From sequence record DRR723986_6320: DNA of 43,954 nucleotides. The stretch is one strand, 5' to 3'. Position numbers and translations under genes: made by a program. The notes beneath the pieces were generated by a model. That model was not told the origin of the DNA and did no database searches. It worked only from the letters and a program-made list of their open reading frames with translations. How positions within the stretch are numbered: position 1 is the first letter of the stretch; each line of letters begins with the position of its first letter. Positions 35,626 to 43,767 of this stretch are shown here, piece after piece.

Positions 35626-37245
35626 TTGAGCACTGAATTCTTTGGTAAAACGCTGTCCGGACCCCTTACGATCCCGTCCGGCATCGTCACCACCGCGACC
35701 TCCATCATCCAGTATGTGTTCGATCACATACCCCAGGTCGGCGTGCTGACCACCAAGAGCATCGGCCTGGAGCCGCGTCTTGGTTACCGGGAGCCGGTCC
35801 TCAGCCAGTACGCACCCGGCTGTTTCGTCAATGCCGTGGGGCTGACCAATCCAGGCGCTCACGAGTCTGTGAAATTGCTGGGCCAGCTCAGGGTGCCGGC
35901 GGACCGCTTCCTGCTGACCTCGATTTTTGGCGGCAGCATCGAGGAGTTCGTCGAAGTCGCGCGTTTGCTGGCGCCACTGTCAGACGGCCTGGAACTCAAC
36001 CTGTCCTGCCCCCACGCCCGCGGCTATGGCATGGCCATGGGCCAGGATCCGGAGCTGGTCTGGGAGATTGTCTCCGCGGTGAAACACGCGGTGGATATCC
36101 CGGTGATTCCCAAGCTGACCCCCAATACGCCGAACATCGCAGAGATCGCCCGGGCCGCTGCAGACGCGGGCGCCGACGGCTTCTGCGCAATCAACACCGT
36201 GGGGCCCGGCTACACCTCTTCCCATGGCCAGCCGGTGCTGAGCAACGGCTCCGGCGGTATGTCCGGCAAGGGCGTGCTGCCCATCGCGCTGAAGTGTATC
36301 CGCGAGATCCGCGAGACCAGCGAGCTGCCCATCATCGGCTGCGGCGGGGTCAGCAGTGCCAGCGATGTGCGGGCCTGCATGGACGCCGGCGCTAACGTGG
36401 TCGGCGTGGGCTCCGCCCTGGTGGGCATGACCACCGAGGAGATGGCCCAGTATTTCCGCGTGCTGGAGCAGGACCTCGACAGTCATGGCAACACCGCCGA
36501 GGAACTGGTGCGCTACGACATCGATATGGCGTTCCGGCCGGTCACCCTGGTTGAGCACGACCGGGTGTGCGAGGACATCACGGTCCTCACCTTCGATCGC
36601 AAGATCAACGTGCAGGCGGGCGAGTTCATTTTCCTGTGGATACCCGGGCTCGGCGAGAAGCCGTTTTCGGTGCTGGCGGACGACCCGTTCTCCCTGGTGG
36701 TGATCGATGTGGGCGAGTTCACCCACGCGCTGATCGACCTGCCGGCGGGCACCGAGGCCTATGTGCGCGGGCCCTACGGCATACCGGTGGAACCACCCGA
36801 GGGTTCGCGGATCATGGCGGTGGCCGGCGGTACCGGCCTGGCCGCGGTGTACCAGATCGCCCGCGACTTCGGTAATGCCGAGGTGTTCGCCGGCGCCCGC
36901 TCTGCGGAGCGCCTGTACTACCTCGATGAATGCCGGCGGATCGCCGATGTTCACGTGGCGACTGACGACGGCAGCGCCGGCTTTCATGGCCGGGTGACCG
37001 AGCTGCTGGAGCAGCGCCTGGGCGAGATGTCGCAGACAGAGCTGGACCAGCTGATGTTCTACAACTGCGGGCCGGAGCCCATGGTGCACGCCGCCATCGC
37101 CGTGCAGCGCAAATTCTGCCGCGAAGACCAGATTTACAGTGCGATTGATTACCTGACCAAGTGCGGCGTCGGTATCTGTGGCGCCTGCGCCGCGCCGGAC
37201 GGCCGCCGCATCTGTGTGGACGGACCCTTTATTACCGCCCTCTAA
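35626..37245 (+). CDS. pyrD: fused dihydroorotate dehydrogenase class 1B catalytic domain (PyrD) plus electron-transfer subunit (PyrK)
   Basis: N-half: TTKS, NAVGLTNPG, ELNLSCPH, KLTPN, INT, GGMSG, GCGGV. C-half: KPFS, RGPYG, AGGTG, CGPEPM, CGVGICGAC...CVDGP ([2Fe-2S]). Confidence 0.85.
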   Translation: MSTEFFGKTLSGPLTIPSGIVTTATSIIQYVFDHIPQVGVLTTKSIGLEPRLGYREPVLSQYAPGCFVNAVGLTNPGAHESVKLLGQLRVPADRFLLTSIFGGSIEEFVEVARLLAPLSDGLELNLSCPHARGYGMAMGQDPELVWEIVSAVKHAVDIPVIPKLTPNTPNIAEIARAAADAGADGFCAINTVGPGYTSSHGQPVLSNGSGGMSGKGVLPIALKCIREIRETSELPIIGCGGVSSASDVRACMDAGANVVGVGSALVGMTTEEMAQYFRVLEQDLDSHGNTAEELVRYDIDMAFRPVTLVEHDRVCEDITVLTFDRKINVQAGEFIFLWIPGLGEKPFSVLADDPFSLVVIDVGEFTHALIDLPAGTEAYVRGPYGIPVEPPEGSRIMAVAGGTGLAAVYQIARDFGNAEVFAGARSAERLYYLDECRRIADVHVATDDGSAGFHGRVTELLEQRLGEMSQTELDQLMFYNCGPEPMVHAAIAVQRKFCREDQIYSAIDYLTKCGVGICGACAAPDGRRICVDGPFITAL

Positions 37246-37275
37246 CCGCGTCCCGGGGCAGCCGGCAAGCGGCCG

Positions 37276-38610
37276 TCAGTCGGCAACCCAGTTACCGTGA
37301 AAGCCATAGGGCACTCGCGTCGGCAGGTGTATCGTGGCAACCGGCCCGGCACTGAAATCCTGCGCTTCGATAATCACCACATCGCTTCGGTCGGTCTCCT
37401 TGTCGTAGACATAGGCCATGATCCAGCCGTCATCTTCGGCCGCATCCGGGGTCCGCGGGACAAACACGGGCTCGAGGAAAATGCGTGACGGGCCCTCGCC
37501 GTGTACCTCGGAACTGCCACGCAGCAGGTCGTACTTGCGGATTCCGCCCATCGCATTGAACTCGGGCAGGTCGGCCGTGTAGCCGTAGCGATAGGGCTTG
37601 CCGGTCAGGCGCTCGTCCAGCCGCGGGAATTCCTGAGGACTGTCATCAATGCGCTGCTCATGAACAGTGGTCTTGCCGCGGTCGATCGTCCATCGGTCCA
37701 GCGTGGAAATGCCATCACCGGGGCCGCGCATATCCTGGTCAAACATCCGCGCATGGCGCACAACATCCATGACCACCCTGCCCTGCTCGTCTTCATAGGC
37801 ATTCATCGGGTGAAACACGTAACACGGCTCTACCTCGTGCCAGGTGACCTGCTCCGCCGTTCCCTCGCGGGGCAACAGACCGACCCGGGCGCCGTATTCC
37901 GGGTGCCATTTGTAGGGAAAGACGTACCCGGCCTCGGCCACCGCCGGATCGAGGATCACCGGCAAATCGAGCACAATGAAGTAATTCCGGGTAATCATGC
38001 AGTCGTGGATCATTGGTTGGCCCGGCAAAGGCACATCCAAGGTTTTCCGGACGCGACCGCTCTTGTCGATGACCACGTACTGCACATGGTGCCACAGGGG
38101 CGAGTAGGCGGCGGCGTGCAGTTCGCCGCTATCCGGGTCGCGGTGCGGGTGCGCAGATAGCCCGCCAGGCAAAGTGCCGTCGAAATCGGTGCGGCCGACC
38201 GTCTCCAGGTTGAGGTCCACTTCCACCGGCAGGTTCCCTGCCTCAACAAGGGTCAGGATCTTGCCCGCGTGTTCCATCACATTGGTATTGGAGACACCCT
38301 CGCCGAGCTGGAGAGCACCCACCGGGCCGGCAACCGGCGGCCAGTTTTTTGCCGCGACCACGCGATCATCGCGCACATAGCGACTGCGATACGAGTCCGC
38401 CCTGCCCTCGCGCAGACGCAGGCCGTGAACCATTCCGCTGCCCAGGAACCAGTGGTGCACGGCAGGGTCAGGATCGATTGGGTTAGGGCCGATTCGCAGT
38501 AACCGACCATTCAGGCCTGGCGGGATTTCCCCGGTTACCGGTAAATCAACGGCCGTCTGCTCATCATCCAGCGGAGCAAAATTACCGGACAGGTAGGGAT
38601 TTTCGGACAT
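37276..38610 (-). CDS. carotenoid cleavage oxygenase family (RPE65/CCD/LSD) protein
   Basis: NPYLSGNFAP, four Fe-binding His (SAHP, MIHD, VFHP, GFHGNW), EFPR, EPVF, EDDGW; GGAGG RBS. Confidence 0.92.
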   Translation of the reverse strand: MSENPYLSGNFAPLDDEQTAVDLPVTGEIPPGLNGRLLRIGPNPIDPDPAVHHWFLGSGMVHGLRLREGRADSYRSRYVRDDRVVAAKNWPPVAGPVGALQLGEGVSNTNVMEHAGKILTLVEAGNLPVEVDLNLETVGRTDFDGTLPGGLSAHPHRDPDSGELHAAAYSPLWHHVQYVVIDKSGRVRKTLDVPLPGQPMIHDCMITRNYFIVLDLPVILDPAVAEAGYVFPYKWHPEYGARVGLLPREGTAEQVTWHEVEPCYVFHPMNAYEDEQGRVVMDVVRHARMFDQDMRGPGDGISTLDRWTIDRGKTTVHEQRIDDSPQEFPRLDERLTGKPYRYGYTADLPEFNAMGGIRKYDLLRGSSEVHGEGPSRIFLEPVFVPRTPDAAEDDGWIMAYVYDKETDRSDVVIIEAQDFSAGPVATIHLPTRVPYGFHGNWVAD

Positions 38611-38752
38611 CACGGCCTCCTGGCGCCTTGGGCACGACCGGGTGGCCCGTGCTGTCCGAAGTATAGCGGCTGCCCGGCAAGCGGGCCCTGCCGGGCGCGA
38701 TCATGCCGCCAGCCCCGGTGTGCTCCCGGTGCTTAACGCCCGGACGGGAGGA

Positions 38753-38935
38753 TCAGTTCAGGGCGAGATTCACAAACCAGATGCCGGACAGAACGACACC
38801 AAGACTGCCAATGGTAGCGACCGAGGCAGCAACCACCTGCCGCAGTGGATCTTCAAGCCAGGCTCCGAGGCGCTGGGTGGTTGAGATTTCTGCAACTGAC
38901 AGGGTTTCTGCGGGGGTCAATTTGTCACTGCTCAT
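38753..38935 (-). CDS. small hypothetical single-TM protein (60 aa)
   Basis: GGAG 8 nt before the ATG; C-terminal hydrophobic stretch VVAASVATIGSLGVVLSGIWFVNLAL. Confidence 0.55.
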   Translation of the reverse strand: MSSDKLTPAETLSVAEISTTQRLGAWLEDPLRQVVAASVATIGSLGVVLSGIWFVNLALN

Positions 38936-38997
38936 GTCGACTACTCCAATGGGCAAGCTAAGGGAGCGCGCAGTCTCCGGCAGATCCACACTGCGGA

Positions 38998-39022
38998 CAA
39001 TCCGATTGTTATTGACGGATTG
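38998..39022. promoter_or_regulatory. inverted repeat CAATCCG-N11-CGGATTG in the divergent region
   Basis: Perfect 7-bp arms; overlaps ACAAT-CCG-ATTGT and is followed by CTCGG-N5-CCGAG. Confidence 0.4.
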
Positions 39023-39111
39023 CTCGGGATTTCCGAGGTTGTGACGCGGTCAGGGAGTCCCGCGGAGCCCCCTCTCATGACACGGGCAGGACATTTTTTT
39101 TCATTTCCTGC

Positions 39112-39145
39112 TTGCAAAAGTTTATTTTTGGGAAAATAATCCCAA
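39112..39145 (+). promoter_or_regulatory. promoter and overlapping palindromic operator of the DUF6502-like gene
   Basis: TTGCAA(39112)-N17-AATAAT(39135-39140); TTGGGA-N6-TCCCAA at 39128-39145; AT-rich element upstream. Confidence 0.55.
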
Positions 39146-39147
39146 TT

Positions 39148-39966
39148 ATGGATATGGCCATACACACCGCCCTGCACGCGACCCTGCTGAAACTGCTCCG
39201 CCCCTTGGTGCGGGTGATGCTCAACCACGGTATGTCCCACGGCGCCTTCGCCGAGCTCAGTCGCCAGGCTTTCGTCGAGGAAGGCTTCAATCACATGGCC
39301 CGCGCCGGTAAACGCCCCACCGACTCCGGCGTCGCCGCCCTGACCGGCCTCAGCAGGAAAGAGGTCAAACGCCTGAACGATATGGACCCGGAAGCGCTGA
39401 CCGCATCCAGCCAACGGCGCAACCGGGCGATACGGGTGATCAGTGGCTGGGTTAACGATCCGGATTTCCAGATAAACGGCAAGCCTGCCGTGCTGGGAAT
39501 TGAAGGGGAGCAACGCAGCTTCTCCGAGCTGGTTAAACGCTACGGGGGTGATGTGCCCACCAAGGCCATGCTCTCCCTGCTCCAGGACAGCGGTAGTGTG
39601 GAGCTACGGCAAGACACCGTCGCCCTGGTCAAGAAGGCCTATATCCCCATGGACACCCCACTGGACCGACTCAATATCCTGGGTACGGATGCCGGGGAAC
39701 TGATCAGGACGATTGGGCACAACATGGTGGCCGCACCCACCGAAAGATTGTTTCAGCGCAAGGTTTCCAACGCCCTGGTGCATAAAGATGCCCTGCCGGC
39801 GTTTCGCGTTATGTCCAACCGGCGCTCCCAGGAGTTGCTCGAGGAATACGACGCCTGGCTGTCGGAACATGAAGTCGGCAGCACGGGCGCAGACAACAAA
39901 GAGGCGGCCTATGTGGCCGTCGGCATTTACTACGTGGAGCACTCTGACGAGGAGGTATTCCCATGA
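39148..39966 (+). CDS. DUF6502-like protein with N-terminal HTH-like motif
   Basis: LLRPLVRVML.HG, SGVAALTGLSRKEVKRL, VISGW..DPDF, SFSELV, LFQRKV, VAVGIYY. Confidence 0.8.
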   Translation: MDMAIHTALHATLLKLLRPLVRVMLNHGMSHGAFAELSRQAFVEEGFNHMARAGKRPTDSGVAALTGLSRKEVKRLNDMDPEALTASSQRRNRAIRVISGWVNDPDFQINGKPAVLGIEGEQRSFSELVKRYGGDVPTKAMLSLLQDSGSVELRQDTVALVKKAYIPMDTPLDRLNILGTDAGELIRTIGHNMVAAPTERLFQRKVSNALVHKDALPAFRVMSNRRSQELLEEYDAWLSEHEVGSTGADNKEAAYVAVGIYYVEHSDEEVFP

Positions 39967-41741
39967 TCCCATTCAAGATGAAAGCGCTCTCAGCCGCGGT
40001 GCTGCTCCTGACGGCCTGCGGTGGCGGAGGCGGTGGCGGCGGTGACAGCCTGGCGGGCGTGGACAACGGCCCGGCCCAAGGCATCAGCGGCAGCGGCGCC
40101 ACGGCGTCCGGCACCATTGACGCTTTCGGCAGCATCTTCGTCAACGGCGTTGAGTTCGAGACCGACGAGGCTGATATCTCCATCGATGGTCGCAGCGCGA
40201 GCGAAGACGATCTGCGCATCGGGATGGTGGTACTGGTCAAGGGCACCGTCAATGATGACGGTGTAACCGGAACTGCTGAGCGGGTGATTTTCGATGACGA
40301 GGTCGAGGGTCCGATCAGTGCGATCGAAGTAGGTCAGGACAACGACTCCAAGCTGCTGACCGTGCTGGGCATCGAGATCATCGTTGAGCGCACCGGGACG
40401 GTGTTCGACGACGTCAGCTTCGATACGCTGGCAATAGACGATGTCGTCGAGGTGTCCGGCTTCCCGGAAGGCGGTACCCGCTTGCGCGCCACGCGGGTGG
40501 AGAAGAAGTCCAATTTCGTTGCTGGCCAGACGGAAATCGAGGTCAAGGGCAGGGTAAGCGGTCTCACAGACAGCCAGTTCAGCCTGGGGGATTTCCTCGT
40601 CGATTATGCGAATGCTGACCTGTCCGAAGTCCGCGGTAGTCTGGCCGATGGCCAGGGTGTCGAGGTTTACGGCACCGTGAATGGCAACGTCATCACCGCC
40701 ACCCGCGTGGAGAGTGAGGACAGCATTACCGACCTGCTGGACGACGACGATGACTTCAGCGTGCAGGGGCCAATTAACAACTTCACCAGCCCGTCGGATT
40801 TCGAAATCAACGGGGTGAAGGTCAATGCCGGCAATGCGAGGCGCAGCCCGGCGGGCCTGACCCTGGCTGACGGCGTGGTAATCGAAGCGGAAGGAACATG
40901 GGATGGTGCCGTACTCACCGCCCAAACCGTCGAGGCTCGCCGTGGCAGAATCGAAATCGAGGCTGCGGTAACCGGGGTAGACGGCAGCAGCATTACCCTC
41001 GGTTTCGTCGGCGGCGAGGTTACTGTCCAGGTGGACCAGCAGACCTTGCTGGACGACGACACCGACCGGGTGGGTACGCTCACCCTGGCGGACATTCGCA
41101 GCGGCGATTTCCTTGAAGTTGAGGCCTTCCTCGACGGTGACCGTTTGGTGGCAACGCGCATCGACCGGGATGACCAGGACGATGACGTCCTGCAGGCGCC
41201 GGTTGACAGCTTCAACGCGGGTGCCGATATCACCTTGCTTGGCATCACTTTCAACATTGCCGGTGCCGAGTTCGAGGATCGCAACGACAATACGATAGAC
41301 TCGGCCACTTTCTTCGGCCAGTTGCAGGCGGGCGACCTGGTCAAGGTCAAGGACGAGGAAATCGCCGACGGCATAGCTGACGAGGTCGAGTTTGAGTTTG
41401 AAGGGCGCTCCGACGGCGGCTTCGAATTTGACGATGACTCGGATGATTCTGACGATTTCGATGATTCGGACGACTCAGACGACTCAGACGACTCAGACGA
41501 TGTTGATGATTCCGATGACCTGGACGATTCTGATGATTTGGATGACTCCGATGACCTTGATGATCCAGATGATCTGGATGATCTGGATGATCTGGACGAC
41601 CCGGATGATTCGGTGGATTCCGGCTCGGATGACAGCTCAGGTTCTGGAAGTGACGTTGACGACAGTCTCGACGATAATTCAGGCTCCGGCAGTGACTCTG
41701 ACGACAGCGTGGACGACAACTCAGGATCCAGCGGTGGCTAA
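39963..41741 (+). CDS. DUF5666-repeat lipoprotein with acidic Asp/Ser-rich tail
   Basis: Lipobox LTAC plus poly-Gly linker; GTIDAFGSIFVNG; six G.I...L..G..VEV.G..A.R-type repeats; ATGA overlap with the upstream gene. Confidence 0.85.
   Translation: MIPFKMKALSAAVLLLTACGGGGGGGGDSLAGVDNGPAQGISGSGATASGTIDAFGSIFVNGVEFETDEADISIDGRSASEDDLRIGMVVLVKGTVNDDGVTGTAERVIFDDEVEGPISAIEVGQDNDSKLLTVLGIEIIVERTGTVFDDVSFDTLAIDDVVEVSGFPEGGTRLRATRVEKKSNFVAGQTEIEVKGRVSGLTDSQFSLGDFLVDYANADLSEVRGSLADGQGVEVYGTVNGNVITATRVESEDSITDLLDDDDDFSVQGPINNFTSPSDFEINGVKVNAGNARRSPAGLTLADGVVIEAEGTWDGAVLTAQTVEARRGRIEIEAAVTGVDGSSITLGFVGGEVTVQVDQQTLLDDDTDRVGTLTLADIRSGDFLEVEAFLDGDRLVATRIDRDDQDDDVLQAPVDSFNAGADITLLGITFNIAGAEFEDRNDNTIDSATFFGQLQAGDLVKVKDEEIADGIADEVEFEFEGRSDGGFEFDDDSDDSDDFDDSDDSDDSDDSDDVDDSDDLDDSDDLDDSDDLDDPDDLDDLDDLDDPDDSVDSGSDDSSGSGSDVDDSLDDNSGSGSDSDDSVDDNSGSSGG
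41433..41612 (+). repeat. 20 tandem 9-bp units encoding DD[S/L/P/V/F]
   Basis: GAYGAYNNN periodicity read directly from the sequence. Confidence 0.9.
41652..41735 (+). repeat. two 42-bp degenerate repeats encoding D.DDS.DDNSGS.
   Basis: gacgttgacgacagtctcgacgataattcaggctccggcagt / gactctgacgacagcgtggacgacaactcaggatccagcggt. Confidence 0.75.
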
Positions 41742-41761
41742 ACCGCGCCATCCTTAACAGA

Positions 41762-41791
41762 GGGTCTGCATAGCCAGGCAATTGCAGACCC
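41762..41791 (+). other. intergenic stem-loop between the two DUF5666 genes
   Basis: GGGTCTGCA-N12-TGCAGACCC with no U-tract. Confidence 0.5.
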
Positions 41792-41859
41792 CATTGATAA
41801 CAGCCTACGCAGTTACCCGCTAGTAACCGCAAGGATCGACCGAGAAAGGAGTTATAACA

Positions 41860-43542
41860 ATGCGCACCCTGATTGCAATCTGCGCCCTGCTCACACTCTC
41901 CGCCTGCAAGGTAATCATCACGGTGCCCGAGGGCGCCCGGGTAACGACACTCTCAGGCAATTTTGTCTGCGCGGCAGGCCAGACCTGTGAGATTGACGTC
42001 AAGACCACCGACTTCGACGAGACGTTTACCGTCGAGGTGGAGAACGGCTTACAGTGGCGCTGGCGCAATTTCCCCCGCGGACTGTGTGGCGGGCGCCAGA
42101 ATGACTGCCGTCTCGAAACCAGCGGTTTTGCGGGTAACGACTCCCTGCTCGCCCTGCTCGCATCGGACGAAGAATTTTTCCTCGAGCCGAAAGTCTGGCC
42201 TGTTGGTGAAAGCGAGGTTGGCGGCATCGGCATCGGCACCATCACCGGTTTCGGCAGTGTCATCGTCAACCAGCAAACCCGGCTGATAGTGGATGACAGC
42301 ACCCAGGTGCGCATCGATGGCGACGACAACCCCAGCGCATCGGATCTTGCCGAAGGTATGCTGGTAAGTTTTACAACCGGCGATGACACAACAACCCGGC
42401 TGACCAGTGGCACCGCGCTGACCATCGAGGTCAACACCGAGATCAAGGGCCCGATCACCTCGGTATCGCCGCTGCGCGTGCTGGAGCAACTGGTCATCGT
42501 CACTGGCGATACGCTACTGGACAACATGCCGGCCGGTGGCATCGGCGCGCTCTCCGTCGGCGCGGAAGTTGAAGTACACGGCACCCGGGGTGCCAACGGT
42601 GAAGTTCAGGCCAGCCTCATTCAATACAAGTCACAGGGGATTCCGACCTGGAAGTTGAGTGGCACGGTTGCCGCGGTGACTGCCAGCGGATTCCGGATCG
42701 GCGATCAGGCGGTCCAGCTCAACGGGGTGAGCCCGCGAGACTGTGGCGGTAGCCTGTCGAACGGGGTTAGGGTCGAAGCCAAATTCCTCCGCGACACGAA
42801 CTTCCGGGCTGGCAATGCCCTGTCGAGCACGACCGATGTCGAGTGCCGCTCGCCGTCCCTGAGCTCCCCGGATAATCCGCTGGGATACCGGGTGGCCAGC
42901 GAATTTGAGGGCACTGTGACTCGCATCATCAACAGCTCACGGTTTGAGATCAACGGCCAACTGGTCGAGTTGAGAGCAACAACCCGCTTCCGCAACGGCA
43001 CCCGCAGCGATCTACTGGCGGGCACGCGGGTCGAGGCCGAGGGCCAGTTCGACACCCTGACCGGCGCCCTGCTCGCCCGCGAGGTCAAGTTCAAGGGCAA
43101 CCGTGTGCGGATTGAAGCGCCCTATGGTTCCAGCAATGCGTCATCGCTGTCGCTGCTGGGTATCCCCGTACTGCTGACAGCGGTCACCGAGGATGAGGAT
43201 GGCATCGCCGGCGGCGCCAGCGGCCTGCAGGTGGAAGTACGCGGCTATACGGACAACTCTGGGCAGGTAGTCGCTGAATCCGTCCGCGAACGCGGCGATG
43301 CAGACAGCAGCGACGTACGCCTGCGGGGCCCCGCGGCCGATATCGACGGTACCGGCTTCAGCATCCTGGGCATTCGCATCAATACCGAAACGGCGCGGGA
43401 GTTCCGCGACCGCAACGGCTTACTGATCGACCGGGCCACGTTCTTTGCCCAACTCTCAGCCGGCAGCAATGTCAGTGCTGAAGATGCGAGCTTTGACGGT
43501 AACGGCACCCTCAACCGGGCGCGACTGGAACTGGAAGACTAA
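41860..43542 (+). CDS. DUF5666-repeat lipoprotein with Cys-containing N-terminal module
   Basis: Lipobox LSAC; ~110 aa module with two Cys pairs; GTITGFGSVIVN then six DUF5666-type repeats; AAGGAG RBS. Confidence 0.85.
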   Translation: MRTLIAICALLTLSACKVIITVPEGARVTTLSGNFVCAAGQTCEIDVKTTDFDETFTVEVENGLQWRWRNFPRGLCGGRQNDCRLETSGFAGNDSLLALLASDEEFFLEPKVWPVGESEVGGIGIGTITGFGSVIVNQQTRLIVDDSTQVRIDGDDNPSASDLAEGMLVSFTTGDDTTTRLTSGTALTIEVNTEIKGPITSVSPLRVLEQLVIVTGDTLLDNMPAGGIGALSVGAEVEVHGTRGANGEVQASLIQYKSQGIPTWKLSGTVAAVTASGFRIGDQAVQLNGVSPRDCGGSLSNGVRVEAKFLRDTNFRAGNALSSTTDVECRSPSLSSPDNPLGYRVASEFEGTVTRIINSSRFEINGQLVELRATTRFRNGTRSDLLAGTRVEAEGQFDTLTGALLAREVKFKGNRVRIEAPYGSSNASSLSLLGIPVLLTAVTEDEDGIAGGASGLQVEVRGYTDNSGQVVAESVRERGDADSSDVRLRGPAADIDGTGFSILGIRINTETAREFRDRNGLLIDRATFFAQLSAGSNVSAEDASFDGNGTLNRARLELED

Positions 43543-43552
43543 GGCGCCACCA

Positions 43553-43580
43553 GCCGGGGCAGACAGGCGTTTGCCCCGGC
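43553..43580. terminator. hairpin between the convergent DUF5666 gene and tRNA
   Basis: GCCGGGGCAGAC-aggc-GTTTGCCCCGGC. Confidence 0.6.
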
Positions 43581-43642
43581 GATCCTTTCGCAGGTGCCCG
43601 GACGCCGGGATCGATAGGTTGACGGTACGGAAATGAGGTAAA

Positions 43643-43718
43643 TGGTGCCGGAGATAGGAGTTGAACCTACGACCTTCGCATTACGAATGCGCTGCTCTAC
43701 CAACTGAGCTACACCGGC
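43643..43718 (-). tRNA. tRNA-Thr(CGT)
   Basis: Reverse complement GCCGGTGTAGCTCAGTTGGTAGAGCAGCGCATT-CGT-AATGCGAAGGTCGTAGGTTCAACTCCTATCTCCGGCACCA, 76 nt with encoded CCA. Confidence 0.97.
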
Positions 43719-43731
43719 AGTACTGACTGAA

Positions 43732-43767
43732 GGCGGCGGAGTTTACCAAAGATCATTGCTCGCGCAA
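43732..43767 (-). promoter_or_regulatory. stable-RNA-type sigma70 promoter of tRNA-Thr
   Basis: TTGCGC-N16-TAAACT followed by GC-rich discriminator CCGCCGCC. Confidence 0.65.

Noticed and set aside
35626-37245. Dihydropyrimidine dehydrogenase PreA or tRNA-dihydrouridine synthase assignment
   Set aside because: The C-terminus is PyrK-type FAD/[2Fe-2S] rather than a 2x[4Fe-4S] ferredoxin, and NAVGLTNPG/KLTPN fit class 1 DHODH
41433-41735. Tandem repeats as a CRISPR array or non-coding satellite
   Set aside because: In-frame 9-bp coding units without spacers; no cas genes
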